Assembly: GCA_037305845.1 (NCBI GenBank)
Contig: CP147778.1
Coordinates: 2,752,001-2,816,000 of the forward strand
Reading direction: 5' to 3'
Source of the DNA: Candidatus Freyarchaeum deiterrae
GTDB taxonomy: Archaea > Asgardarchaeota > Jordiarchaeia > Jordiarchaeales > Jordiarchaeaceae
DNA: 64,000 nucleotides
Positions 29,228-38,518 of this stretch are shown in pieces. Under the pieces are notes generated by a model that had not been told where the DNA came from, did no database searches, and worked only from the letters and a program-made list of their open reading frames with translations. Within the stretch, counting starts at the first letter, position 1. Every line of letters starts with the position of its first letter. Made by a program: the position numbers and the translations under genes.

Positions 29228-29758
29228 ATGGTTGAAGTTAAAATAAACAAAACAATACTAGAGTTGGTTCAAGGAGATATAACGGAGCAGGATACCGACG
29301 CCATAGTGAATGCTGCCAACGCGGCTCTTCAAATGGGCGGGGGAGTTGCAGGTGCTATAAGAAGGAAGGGCGGTCCCAAAATTCAGGAGGAGTGCAATAA
29401 GATAGGAGGAACTTCAGTCGGAGGCGCAGTAATCACCAATGGAGGTAACCTTAAAGCCAGATACGTAATCCATGCTGTAGGGCCCCGCTGGGGAGAAGGT
29501 GACGAGGATCAAAAGCTCAAAAACGCCACACTTAACAGTTTGAAGGTCGCCGAACAAAATAATCTAAAGAGCATATCATTCCCTGCGATAAGTACCGGCA
29601 TCTTCGGGTTCCCTATGAAAAGAGCTTCAGAAATAATGCTTAAAACAACTTTCGAGTACCTAAAGGGTAAAACCGGTCTAAAAAAAGTGGCGTTCGTTCT
29701 CTATGACACAGACTCCTTTAAAACGTTTAGTGACACATTGAAAAGCATGAAAATATAA
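29228..29758 (+). CDS. Macrodomain (MacroD-type ADP-ribosylhydrolase)
   Basis: GDIT, DAIVNAAN, GGGVAGAI, VIHAVGP and FPAISTGIFGFP motifs. Confidence 0.94.
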   Translation: MVEVKINKTILELVQGDITEQDTDAIVNAANAALQMGGGVAGAIRRKGGPKIQEECNKIGGTSVGGAVITNGGNLKARYVIHAVGPRWGEGDEDQKLKNATLNSLKVAEQNNLKSISFPAISTGIFGFPMKRASEIMLKTTFEYLKGKTGLKKVAFVLYDTDSFKTFSDTLKSMKI

Positions 29759-29863
29759 CAGATTCAGGACAAACTATTTTTTTTAAGGCAAACCTGTTTT
29801 CCAATAAAACCTTAAAGCGGGCAAGTCTTAAAACAGACCAGAAAAGTAAAGAAGCGAATAACA

Positions 29864-30574
29864 ATGGTAGGAAGGAAACTTAAACCTAGGGATAAGGCAA
29901 AGAATGATGAAGTTAAGAGCTATTATGTTTCAGCTCCCGACAAAGAGATAAGTTCAGATATCTCGGCGAAAACTTTTGACATTTGGAGTATAATAGAAAG
30001 TTGGAGAAAAAAACTGGGCATTGGTAATAGATTATTAGACGTCGGGGTGGGCACTGGGAGTTTCGTCTATCAAGGCTTTAAAAAGGGTTACAATGTGATG
30101 GGAGTCGATCTTTTAGAGGAAATATTGCAAAAAGTCTCAACCAAATTTCCCGAACTTAAAGACAAGTTGCAGATAGTGAACATCCTCGACGAAAAATCGG
30201 TATCCGCATTTGTAAGAAAATTTAACCAGTTCGACATAGTAACCATTTTAGGATTAGTTCCGAATCATGCGGAGAACAAGCAACAATTGATGACCACGCT
30301 TTACAACATCACGAAGTTTGCAGGCGTAAACTCATTGATTGTGGAGGATCTTATACTCGAAGAAATGTATCCCGGCAAACCGGAAGTTTATTGGAGCGAA
30401 TTCACGCACACCCTAACCTCCATCTCAGAAATAGGCGAGTTGTTCAGGAAGTATGGTCTCCGACTTCTCGATGCTTATACCATACATGAAATCTATCCCT
30501 CTGAAGGCGAATTTGACCAAGAGCTCGACGAACACTACATAAGAGTCTTTATTAATAAACCACCTAGAAAGTAG
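29864..30574 (+). CDS. Class I SAM-dependent methyltransferase
   Basis: LLDVGVGTG, GVD and FDIV motifs. Confidence 0.82.
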   Translation: MVGRKLKPRDKAKNDEVKSYYVSAPDKEISSDISAKTFDIWSIIESWRKKLGIGNRLLDVGVGTGSFVYQGFKKGYNVMGVDLLEEILQKVSTKFPELKDKLQIVNILDEKSVSAFVRKFNQFDIVTILGLVPNHAENKQQLMTTLYNITKFAGVNSLIVEDLILEEMYPGKPEVYWSEFTHTLTSISEIGELFRKYGLRLLDAYTIHEIYPSEGEFDQELDEHYIRVFINKPPRK

Positions 30575-30655
30575 AACGAAAAAGTTGTCTAAAAACATTA
30601 ATAACTAACTTTCTAAATTCCCTTAAACCCCCAACCTAAATCATAGTTTGAACAT

Positions 30656-31246
30656 CTATTTTCTCGAAACGAACCTGTTTCCATTTATATAAAATCTCAA
30701 TGGCATATCCTTACCCTGTTTTATTCCTATCCTGCTTGAGGCAACAATCTCTGGCTTCTCTTCTATGTCCTCGAAATAAATGTCCTCCTCCTCCGTAATG
30801 TCCTTACCGTTAAAGGAACCGTTTATGTTAAAGGCTTTGGTCAGTTTAGCAGGACCGTTTGTGAGGTCTACTTCCTTGTTCACTTTTCGATGCTTTTTCA
30901 TTATTTCTATCCCGTCCACTGGTTCTAAGGCTCTAATTAGAACCCCTCCACTTTTGTCCTCCCCTTTTGTCAGGACATTAAACATCCAATGATTTCCGTA
31001 AGTGAAATAGACGTAAATCGTTCCTGACGGTTTTTCCCTGAAAAATTCTCGGGTGCTCGGCCTTATTTGAAAGTGGCTTGCAGGGTCATTAATAGAATAG
31101 TACGCCTCAGTTTCCACCACTTTCCCTTTCAATATTCCCTTAGACACCTTTTTAACCAAAATTTTTCCCAGAAGCTGCTGTGCCACTTGGGAAGGATCGT
31201 TTGAGAAAAAACTTCTATCGAGTTTCATGAATCTAATTTTCCGCAT
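30656..31246 (-). CDS. mpg: DNA-3-methyladenine glycosylase (AAG/MPG family)
   Basis: LLGK, VETEAY, YVYFTYG, VLIRALEP, GPAKL and RIGI motifs. Confidence 0.93.
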   Translation of the reverse strand: MRKIRFMKLDRSFFSNDPSQVAQQLLGKILVKKVSKGILKGKVVETEAYYSINDPASHFQIRPSTREFFREKPSGTIYVYFTYGNHWMFNVLTKGEDKSGGVLIRALEPVDGIEIMKKHRKVNKEVDLTNGPAKLTKAFNINGSFNGKDITEEEDIYFEDIEEKPEIVASSRIGIKQGKDMPLRFYINGNRFVSRK

Positions 31247-31439
31247 ATCAAAAAATTAATTTTTCGGGATACACGTTAAAGCAAACCATAAAAAAAGAAT
31301 AAAGAGAGGTTGGAGAACGGTTTCCATCCATTTTTAGGCGAATTTTAAGGGTAAAAATTTTGGTATTTTAGGGTTTGAAAATGTTTGTGTTTATAATTTA
31401 GTTTTAGGCAGATTACGTGGAGTAAATTTTGGGACGAGT

Positions 31440-33479
31440 TCAACGTTTTAATTTAGCTTCCTGTTTTTCGGCGTACTCATTTATTATTGTATCCATCTCC
31501 AGTTTTATCTCGTCTCTCTTTTTCTCGAGTTCTTTTAACCGGGTTTCTATCTCTAGTATTCTGTCTTCCTGGGCAGAGAGGGCGGAAATGTATCTCTCCT
31601 TGAGTTCAACTTCCTGTCTGCTGTTTCCCAGAACCTTAAGGTTCTCCCTAAGTCTCGCCTGGGTTTCGAATATGCCCTGTTTCTCTCTTTGAAGGTTGTT
31701 CATTTCTAGTTCTATCTCGTTGACTTGGCTTTGTAGTTCTGCGACTCTCTTTAGGAAGCTGTTTTCTTCATTGGTGATCAGTCCTCTCTTAAAGTAGTCT
31801 TCGATAAGGGCTGTGTTTAACCCTATCACGCCAAATTGTGAGCTGAGGAGTCTGCGTAGTTTTACGGTGAATTCTTGACTTTTTCTCGGTTCTAGGGCTA
31901 CTTTCCACCGGTAGTAGTTTGGGGTTTCTTCCTCGAATTTCTCTGTTTTCCACGGTTCGAATCCGTACTCCTTGGGATGTTCAATTATTACCTCCTTGTC
32001 TTCGGCACCTTTGTTCTTAAGATTATACTTGTACTCGTTTATCTGATAGTAATACGTTTCAATGACCGATCCTCTTACAATGACTTCGTGCACCGACTCG
32101 TACAGACTTTTAACTTCTTTATTGACTGCAACGTCCTGATCTACTGCGTAGGCTAAGAGACGCTTCTCTCCATCGACCATGAATGGCAGCATGCACTCCC
32201 CGACATAGGAGTTCTCCTCATAAACCGTAACCGGTCCTTCCTCTAAGGTTAAACCACTGGTATTCTTCACTTCTATGCAGGATACCGGATTTCCCACACG
32301 AGCACTCTCATTATAAACAAGTATCTTTTTACCCTCAATCTCAGTGTAAATAAAGGGCACCAGAGCAGAGTGGTTCCTCCTGATGGTTACAGGAGTTGAA
32401 ATACTGTAGAAGAAGAACTCACCCGCCTTAGCTGCTTCAGCCGAAACCGAAGCCGCTGCCGTAGTGGCCGCAGCGAAAGAAGCGTGCTCCCCGTACATTC
32501 CAGGGGCTGCTTCAGCAACGGGCTTGGGTGAGGGAGGCATTGCCATTGGGCGAGCGGCTCGTTTATGTTCAGCTTTCTCTTTCTTGGCGTATTCGTTTTT
32601 ATCATAATCATCGAAGGCTTCTTTTTGTTTGAGGTCTAGTTCCATTCCCTCTTCTAGGCTGACTGGCGTCACTCCTGCGGTTTCCTTCACACTAATCTCG
32701 GGTCTCCACATGTATCTTGCAGAATATAGATTGTGTCTGAACGATATTGGTAATCCTGCCATTAGAGTAAGGTTGATATCCACCCAATCTTCATCAGACA
32801 TATTGTCAACAAGCGCCCAACCCTGTATCCATAGGTTCTCAGCGGAATAGTTGAGTCGGTAGCTGGTTTTCCAAACCGAAACTTCCACGGTGTAACTTAT
32901 TGCTACTTCTCTTTCTCCTTCTCCCCTAAATTGTAGGTTTAGGGTTTTCTTATTTTTTCTTCTTGAGTCATAAACTGTGTCGATGAAGTAGTTTATGTCT
33001 TTTTTAACGTCTTCGTCTAGGGTTTGAAGCTTCTTAATGTCTGTGAGGTTAACGCTTTTAATTATAGCGTCTTCCTGTAATAGAACTAGGAACTTTTTTT
33101 CTCTTTCCACGTCGTTCTCTTTTTCTATTACATGTTCGACCCCAAGGATTCTTCCTGTTAGTTGCTCTGTTCCTGCGACCAGGCCTATTTTGACGCCCAT
33201 CATCTGTTTAAGCAGGCTGGTTAAAGAATCTTCCACGGGGATTTGGATTCCCACTTTTTCGAGCAGTCTGCTTGTTTCCTGCGCTGCTTCATAGTCTACC
33301 GCGGAAATTTTTCCACCGCCGTAATCTATTGCTGAGAGGCTCTTCAGTACATCGTTGATTTCTTTTTCATCAAAAGAAATCTTGAACTCGTCGTCGCCGT
33401 TCACTTTCCCTATACGTTCAAAGTATCCTAAGCCATGCTTGAAAAGCACTACCCTTTTTAAAGGAATAGAAGTTGTCAT
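31440..33479 (-). CDS. DUF4139 family protein with C-terminal coiled coil
   Basis: KRVVLFKHGLGYF, DVLKSL, WKTSYRL, QGWALVDN..EDW and LEEGPVTVY motifs. Likely start is ATG 33479. Confidence 0.8.
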   Translation of the reverse strand: MTTSIPLKRVVLFKHGLGYFERIGKVNGDDEFKISFDEKEINDVLKSLSAIDYGGGKISAVDYEAAQETSRLLEKVGIQIPVEDSLTSLLKQMMGVKIGLVAGTEQLTGRILGVEHVIEKENDVEREKKFLVLLQEDAIIKSVNLTDIKKLQTLDEDVKKDINYFIDTVYDSRRKNKKTLNLQFRGEGEREVAISYTVEVSVWKTSYRLNYSAENLWIQGWALVDNMSDEDWVDINLTLMAGLPISFRHNLYSARYMWRPEISVKETAGVTPVSLEEGMELDLKQKEAFDDYDKNEYAKKEKAEHKRAARPMAMPPSPKPVAEAAPGMYGEHASFAAATTAAASVSAEAAKAGEFFFYSISTPVTIRRNHSALVPFIYTEIEGKKILVYNESARVGNPVSCIEVKNTSGLTLEEGPVTVYEENSYVGECMLPFMVDGEKRLLAYAVDQDVAVNKEVKSLYESVHEVIVRGSVIETYYYQINEYKYNLKNKGAEDKEVIIEHPKEYGFEPWKTEKFEEETPNYYRWKVALEPRKSQEFTVKLRRLLSSQFGVIGLNTALIEDYFKRGLITNEENSFLKRVAELQSQVNEIELEMNNLQREKQGIFETQARLRENLKVLGNSRQEVELKERYISALSAQEDRILEIETRLKELEKKRDEIKLEMDTIINEYAEKQEAKLKR

Positions 33480-33648
33480 AAGTAGAAACTTGTTCGCTAA
33501 AAATATTAATCTACCCCTATAGAGGTACACAGATGGTTGTTCATCCCTTCCCTCCTCTCCTAAAAATTGGAGATTCTCCCTGACCCCACTAAAGAAGTGG
33601 AACCAGAAAAACCAGAAAACTAGGCAAAACCCTATGATAAAAATACTT

Positions 33649-34371
33649 CTACTGATAAAATGAAGCAGAATAGAGGTCATTGGAAAATTCTAAGGGCAAT
33701 CCCACTCTTTTTATTGCCAGAGCGGTTTCGTCTATGTTATAGGGAACCCTTTTGAAAGTTACTTTAAGGTCATTTTCTACTTCCAGTAGCGCGTAGCATG
33801 CCCGGCGATCACCATCCTTCGGTTTACCCACGCTACCAGTGTTCACTATGTGAATTCCATCTACTATCCTATGATATGGTACATGAGTGTGACCGCATAT
33901 TAGTAAGTCTATATCTAGTGGTTTAAGCATTCGTATTAAATTTTTTTCTGGTCTGTCCTCGTAGAGGTATTCATTTATTCTTCGTGGGCTTCCGTGGACG
34001 TGCAGTACTCTGAACCTCTCCCAGGTGTAATTAGTATTTCCTAGAAGATTTTTTAGGAAAGACTTGTTTTCTTCACTAACATTTTCTATAGTCCATTCTA
34101 GTGAAATTTTTCCCAAGTCGACTTCCTTTTGGCTGCGGTAAGCACAGCCGCAATCATCTCTGTTAAATCCCACCCCGTCGTCATAGTTGCCCATGATTGT
34201 AGGTATTTTCCTATCCCTTAGAATCTTAATAACTTGGTTTGGAAAAGGACCATAGCCAACCAAATCCCCTCCACACAGTACCAAATCCACGTTCTCATTG
34301 GATATGCTTTTTAAGACTTCTTCGAGGGCGGATAGATTTGAATGAATATCTGAAAAAATCGCAACACGCAT
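33649..34371 (-). CDS. Metallophosphoesterase (YfcE/MJ0936-like)
   Basis: SDIHSN, GDLVGYG, GNYD, HGSP, GHTH and NTGSVG motifs, plus a CGC motif. Confidence 0.92.
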   Translation of the reverse strand: MRVAIFSDIHSNLSALEEVLKSISNENVDLVLCGGDLVGYGPFPNQVIKILRDRKIPTIMGNYDDGVGFNRDDCGCAYRSQKEVDLGKISLEWTIENVSEENKSFLKNLLGNTNYTWERFRVLHVHGSPRRINEYLYEDRPEKNLIRMLKPLDIDLLICGHTHVPYHRIVDGIHIVNTGSVGKPKDGDRRACYALLEVENDLKVTFKRVPYNIDETALAIKRVGLPLEFSNDLYSASFYQ

Positions 34372-34681
34372 AAGAAACACCTCTAGTAAGAAATAAAAGT
34401 TAAACATATATTAATTTTAAGAACCAATTCGGTACATTTCTTCTTAGCTGTTTATTTCTTCTGGGGGATCACTCGAATTGTTTTCTATCCTTTTTGGTAA
34501 TTTTTCAGAATAACAACCATTTTACTCTTTTGAATTTAATTATTCTCAAATTCGTTCTATAAATTCATTTTATTAAGGAGTTTAAGATATCCCCAATTAA
34601 CACATATTCGAAATAGTTATAAAAATAAGCGTACAAAATTGATTCGATAAATAACACAGTTAGGATTATGGGGACAATACA

Positions 34682-37477
34682 ATGTCAGAGTGGATTTCTA
34701 AAGATGTAGATACTACTGAGGAGACGCTAAAGACTAGTCTTGAAAGGGGATTGTCCTCCAAAGAGGCTGAGAAGCGGCTGGAAAAGTATGGACCAAATAT
34801 ACTGGTAAAAGAGTTTAAAGTCCGCTTTTGGGCAATCTTTAAGGAAGAGGTCACAGAACCCCTTATACTTCTACTTATAGGCGTTGGCATTCTCTATAGC
34901 TTCTGGGGAGAACTGAGAGACGCTATAACCATTATTGTAATCGTATCAGTCTTGGTTATTGTTGAAGTGTGGAATGAGTATCGAGCCAAGCTTTCAATAA
35001 ATTCACTGCAAAGACTAGCGTCGCCCACAGTACTGGTGCTGAGAGACGGAAAATTAACTGAAATCCGAACAACCGAAGTAGTTCCCGGTGATGTCCTACC
35101 AATCGTGGCGGGGCAGCGTATTCCAGCAGACCTCAGACTGGTTGAAGCTTATGGAGTATCCGCAGACGAATCATCACTCACCGGAGAATCGGTTCCCGTC
35201 TACAAAGACTCAAGCCAAGTACTACCCAAAGAAACAGAACTAGCGGAAAGAACTAACATGGTTTACGCTGGAACAATCATTACCAGTGGTGAGGGTAAAG
35301 GCGTTGTTGTCGCCACAAGTGTGAACACTGAAATAGGTAAAATCGCTGGAATCTTGGCGTCGGTGAAACCGCCTAAGACACCCCTCCAGCTTGCCATGAA
35401 GAGCCTTAGTAAATGGTTGATTTGGATCGCTATATTCTTTAGCGCGTTAATACCCCTTCTACTATATCTGAGGGGTCAACCATTACAAAACATCTTAATC
35501 AACTTTATACTATTTGGGGCTTTTCAGGGATGGGTTCCCTACTGGTTTGTACAATTTTTGTACTCTCCGTTAGGATATATTGACCTAACCACGATTCAAA
35601 CATCGATTAGTTCATTTTTCGGCTTTAATCCTATACAACGAATAGAACAGCTTATTTTGACTGGCTTATCGTTGGCTTTCGTCACTGTGCCAGAGGAGCT
35701 ACCCATAATAATTACCATGGTTTTGGGTTTAGGGGCCTACGCTCTTTCCCGAAAAAATACTATTGTGAAGAGACTGAAGGCAGCTGAAACTTTGGGAAGC
35801 GTTACTGTGATTTGTACAGACAAAACCGGCACAATTACACAAAACAGAATGACTCTGAAGAGTATCTATTCTGATAGTCATCTGACAGAGGAACTTTCCA
35901 AGAAAAATTCTCACCAACAAATCTTGGAAGCAGGGTTACTGTCAAGCGAGGCGTTCAGCGCAGTAAAAAGCACAAAAGCAATGTACCGAAACCCAATGAG
36001 CATAGCGATTCTTGAAGTCGCCAAGAAAAATAAAATAAACACAGATAAATTACAGAAAAAATACATGATAAAAGAGAAGTTCGTTTTTGACAGAGACCGT
36101 AAGATGGAATCCTTCATCTATCAAAACCAGCAAGACAAAGAACTGTACGTTTTCTCAGCCGGAGCACCGGAATCAATCATCGACAGATCCTCAAAGAAAG
36201 TAGAAAATGGAAAAGAAACTGATTTCATAACCGCAGATAGAATGAATCTCAAAGAAGTCGCCTCCGAGATGGCAGGCAATGGAGAGAGATTAATCGCAGT
36301 TGCCTACAGGAAACTCCCCCGCCAAGAAAAGCTGAGTATGGAACAAGTGGAGAGGAACCTAGTATTCGTAGGCATAATAGGCTTCTACGATCCACCAAGA
36401 CCAGAGGTCAAGGATGCCATACTCCTATGCCAAAGAGCGGGCATAAGAATCATAATGATAACTGGTGACCACCCTCAGACGGCGAAGGCAATAGCCTCAA
36501 GTGTTGGAATTAACACCGATGCAGGTGTCCTCTCTGGGGCTGAGATTAACGCAATGAGCGATAAAGAACTAGGAAAGGCGGTAAAGATGATTTCTGTTTT
36601 TGCGAGAGCCACTCCCGAACACAAACTAAGAATCGTAAAGCTTCTAAGAAAACAGGGTGAGGTCGTCGCAGTAACAGGAGACGGAATCAACGACGCTCCC
36701 GCTCTAAAAGAGGCGGAAATCGGAATCGCCATGGGCGTCAGAGGCACCGATGTGGCTAAGGAAACAGCAGACATGGTTCTCGCGGATGATAACTTCGCAA
36801 CAGTTGAGACCGCGGTCAGAGAAGGGCGAAAAATGTACGACAACCTCAGAAAAGGCGTACGCTACTACCTAGGTGTAAAAATTGCATTATTGGCAATATT
36901 CGTATTACCTATTCTCCTAGGTATACCTCAACCATTCGCCCCCATTCAAATCATAGTACTCGAACTGTTCATGGATCTCGCGGCATCAGCCACATTTGTA
37001 GCAGAACCCGCAGAATCCGATATAATGACACGACCCCCACGTGACCCCAAAGAGCGATTCATAAAAAGAAGCCTACAGTTTAGTATTTTCTTAAACGCCG
37101 CATCACTATTCGCAGCGGTTTCTATATGCTATCTCTTCATCTACTATAGAACATTAAATATAACCGTAGCTCAGACGGTAGCATTCGCGGCCTGGATGGT
37201 TGGGCACATTTTCCTAGCGTTTAATTCGCGTTCCGAGAGAGAATCGCTACGCAGCCTAGGATTCTTCTCCAACAAGGTTATGGTAGCCTGGGCGGTTCTG
37301 GCAATAGGAACACTGATCGCGGCAACAATGGTGCCACTAGTACAGGGCCTTCTAAAGGTAACCTACTTAGATCCAATGAACTGGGCCATTGTATTCATTG
37401 TAACTTTTGTCTGCACGTTCTGGCTAGAAGTCAAAAAATACATACAATCCAGAAGGCGGAAGAGGAAAAGCAAATAA
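34682..37477 (+). CDS. P-type ATPase, type IIA-like cation transporter
   Basis: LTGES, PEELP, DKTGT, TGD and GDGINDAP motifs. Confidence 0.95.
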   Translation: MSEWISKDVDTTEETLKTSLERGLSSKEAEKRLEKYGPNILVKEFKVRFWAIFKEEVTEPLILLLIGVGILYSFWGELRDAITIIVIVSVLVIVEVWNEYRAKLSINSLQRLASPTVLVLRDGKLTEIRTTEVVPGDVLPIVAGQRIPADLRLVEAYGVSADESSLTGESVPVYKDSSQVLPKETELAERTNMVYAGTIITSGEGKGVVVATSVNTEIGKIAGILASVKPPKTPLQLAMKSLSKWLIWIAIFFSALIPLLLYLRGQPLQNILINFILFGAFQGWVPYWFVQFLYSPLGYIDLTTIQTSISSFFGFNPIQRIEQLILTGLSLAFVTVPEELPIIITMVLGLGAYALSRKNTIVKRLKAAETLGSVTVICTDKTGTITQNRMTLKSIYSDSHLTEELSKKNSHQQILEAGLLSSEAFSAVKSTKAMYRNPMSIAILEVAKKNKINTDKLQKKYMIKEKFVFDRDRKMESFIYQNQQDKELYVFSAGAPESIIDRSSKKVENGKETDFITADRMNLKEVASEMAGNGERLIAVAYRKLPRQEKLSMEQVERNLVFVGIIGFYDPPRPEVKDAILLCQRAGIRIIMITGDHPQTAKAIASSVGINTDAGVLSGAEINAMSDKELGKAVKMISVFARATPEHKLRIVKLLRKQGEVVAVTGDGINDAPALKEAEIGIAMGVRGTDVAKETADMVLADDNFATVETAVREGRKMYDNLRKGVRYYLGVKIALLAIFVLPILLGIPQPFAPIQIIVLELFMDLAASATFVAEPAESDIMTRPPRDPKERFIKRSLQFSIFLNAASLFAAVSICYLFIYYRTLNITVAQTVAFAAWMVGHIFLAFNSRSERESLRSLGFFSNKVMVAWAVLAIGTLIAATMVPLVQGLLKVTYLDPMNWAIVFIVTFVCTFWLEVKKYIQSRRRKRKSK

Positions 37478-37575
37478 AACAAAAAAGGGCATCAATCTAT
37501 AACCCTCTTTTCTTTTTAAATTGATTCTCGGATAAACTAAAACGGGTCATAAAATAGTACTCCTTGGTGTTCGCA

Positions 37576-38427
37576 ATGAATCTTAACGAAGAACAGCTCA
37601 TAAATACCCCTGTAAAAATTAGTGAATTGAGCGAGGAAGACATCCGAAAGCTTATCTCCGATGCGCAAACAGTTCTGGATAAGGATACCCCCCTAGTTCG
37701 TTTCTATGGGAGTAAATTTTTGTTTGTTGGAGATACCCATGGAGACCTAGAATCAACAATCTCGATTGTACGTCTATTCCTCAGAGAAAAATACGATGGC
37801 ATAATTTTTCTGGGGGATTACGTTGACCGAGGGTTAATGCAGATTGAAAACATTAATTACTTACTGACACTCAAGCTACTGCACCCCGAAAAAGTGATAC
37901 TTCTCAGAGGAAACCACGAGACTCCCCTGGCTAACAGTTACTTTGGTTTCATGGATGAAGTTTCAAGAACCTTTTCAAATGAATTTTATAGTCTTTACGC
38001 AGAACTATTCTCCCATCTTCCAAACTCTACCCTAGTCAATGGAGAAATTCTCTGCCTGCACGGCGGCCTTGCTAAAGGTCTCGACACAATTAAACAGATG
38101 GAAGACTTACCAAAAGAGATCAATGTTTCAAACCCGATCCTTTTTCAAATACTGTGGAATGATCCCCAGGATGATATAGATGGCTTCATTCCTAGTGATA
38201 GAGGCCCGGGTACATTTTATTTCGGGAAAGATGTTTTCGAAAACTTCGCAGAAAATAATAATTTAACCCATTTAATAAGAGCTCACGAAGTTTTCATAAA
38301 CGGCTACCACTGGTATTTCGGCGGCAGCGTACTAAGCCTATTCTCCTCAAGCAACTACGGTATACCACTAGACGCAAAAATAGCCGAACTAAACCCCGAG
38401 GGAGAATTAACCGTAATCCGTTTCTAA
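37576..38427 (+). CDS. PPP-family Ser/Thr protein phosphatase
   Basis: GDTHG, GDYVDRG, LRGNHE, HGG, LWNDP, RAHE and FSSSNY motifs. Confidence 0.92.
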   Translation: MNLNEEQLINTPVKISELSEEDIRKLISDAQTVLDKDTPLVRFYGSKFLFVGDTHGDLESTISIVRLFLREKYDGIIFLGDYVDRGLMQIENINYLLTLKLLHPEKVILLRGNHETPLANSYFGFMDEVSRTFSNEFYSLYAELFSHLPNSTLVNGEILCLHGGLAKGLDTIKQMEDLPKEINVSNPILFQILWNDPQDDIDGFIPSDRGPGTFYFGKDVFENFAENNNLTHLIRAHEVFINGYHWYFGGSVLSLFSSSNYGIPLDAKIAELNPEGELTVIRF

Positions 38428-38518
38428 GAATGTATATTTTTCCAAAATTTTGGAAAATGATTAGGAGAATAAAAAGAAGAATTGTTTTGTGCTTTTTAGA
38501 AAGCCTTTCGATTTTCTT

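Noticed and set aside
33480-33680. ORF-track N-terminal extension of the DUF4139 gene
   Set aside because: It overlaps the upstream gene end and intergenic sequence; family similarity starts at ATG 33479.
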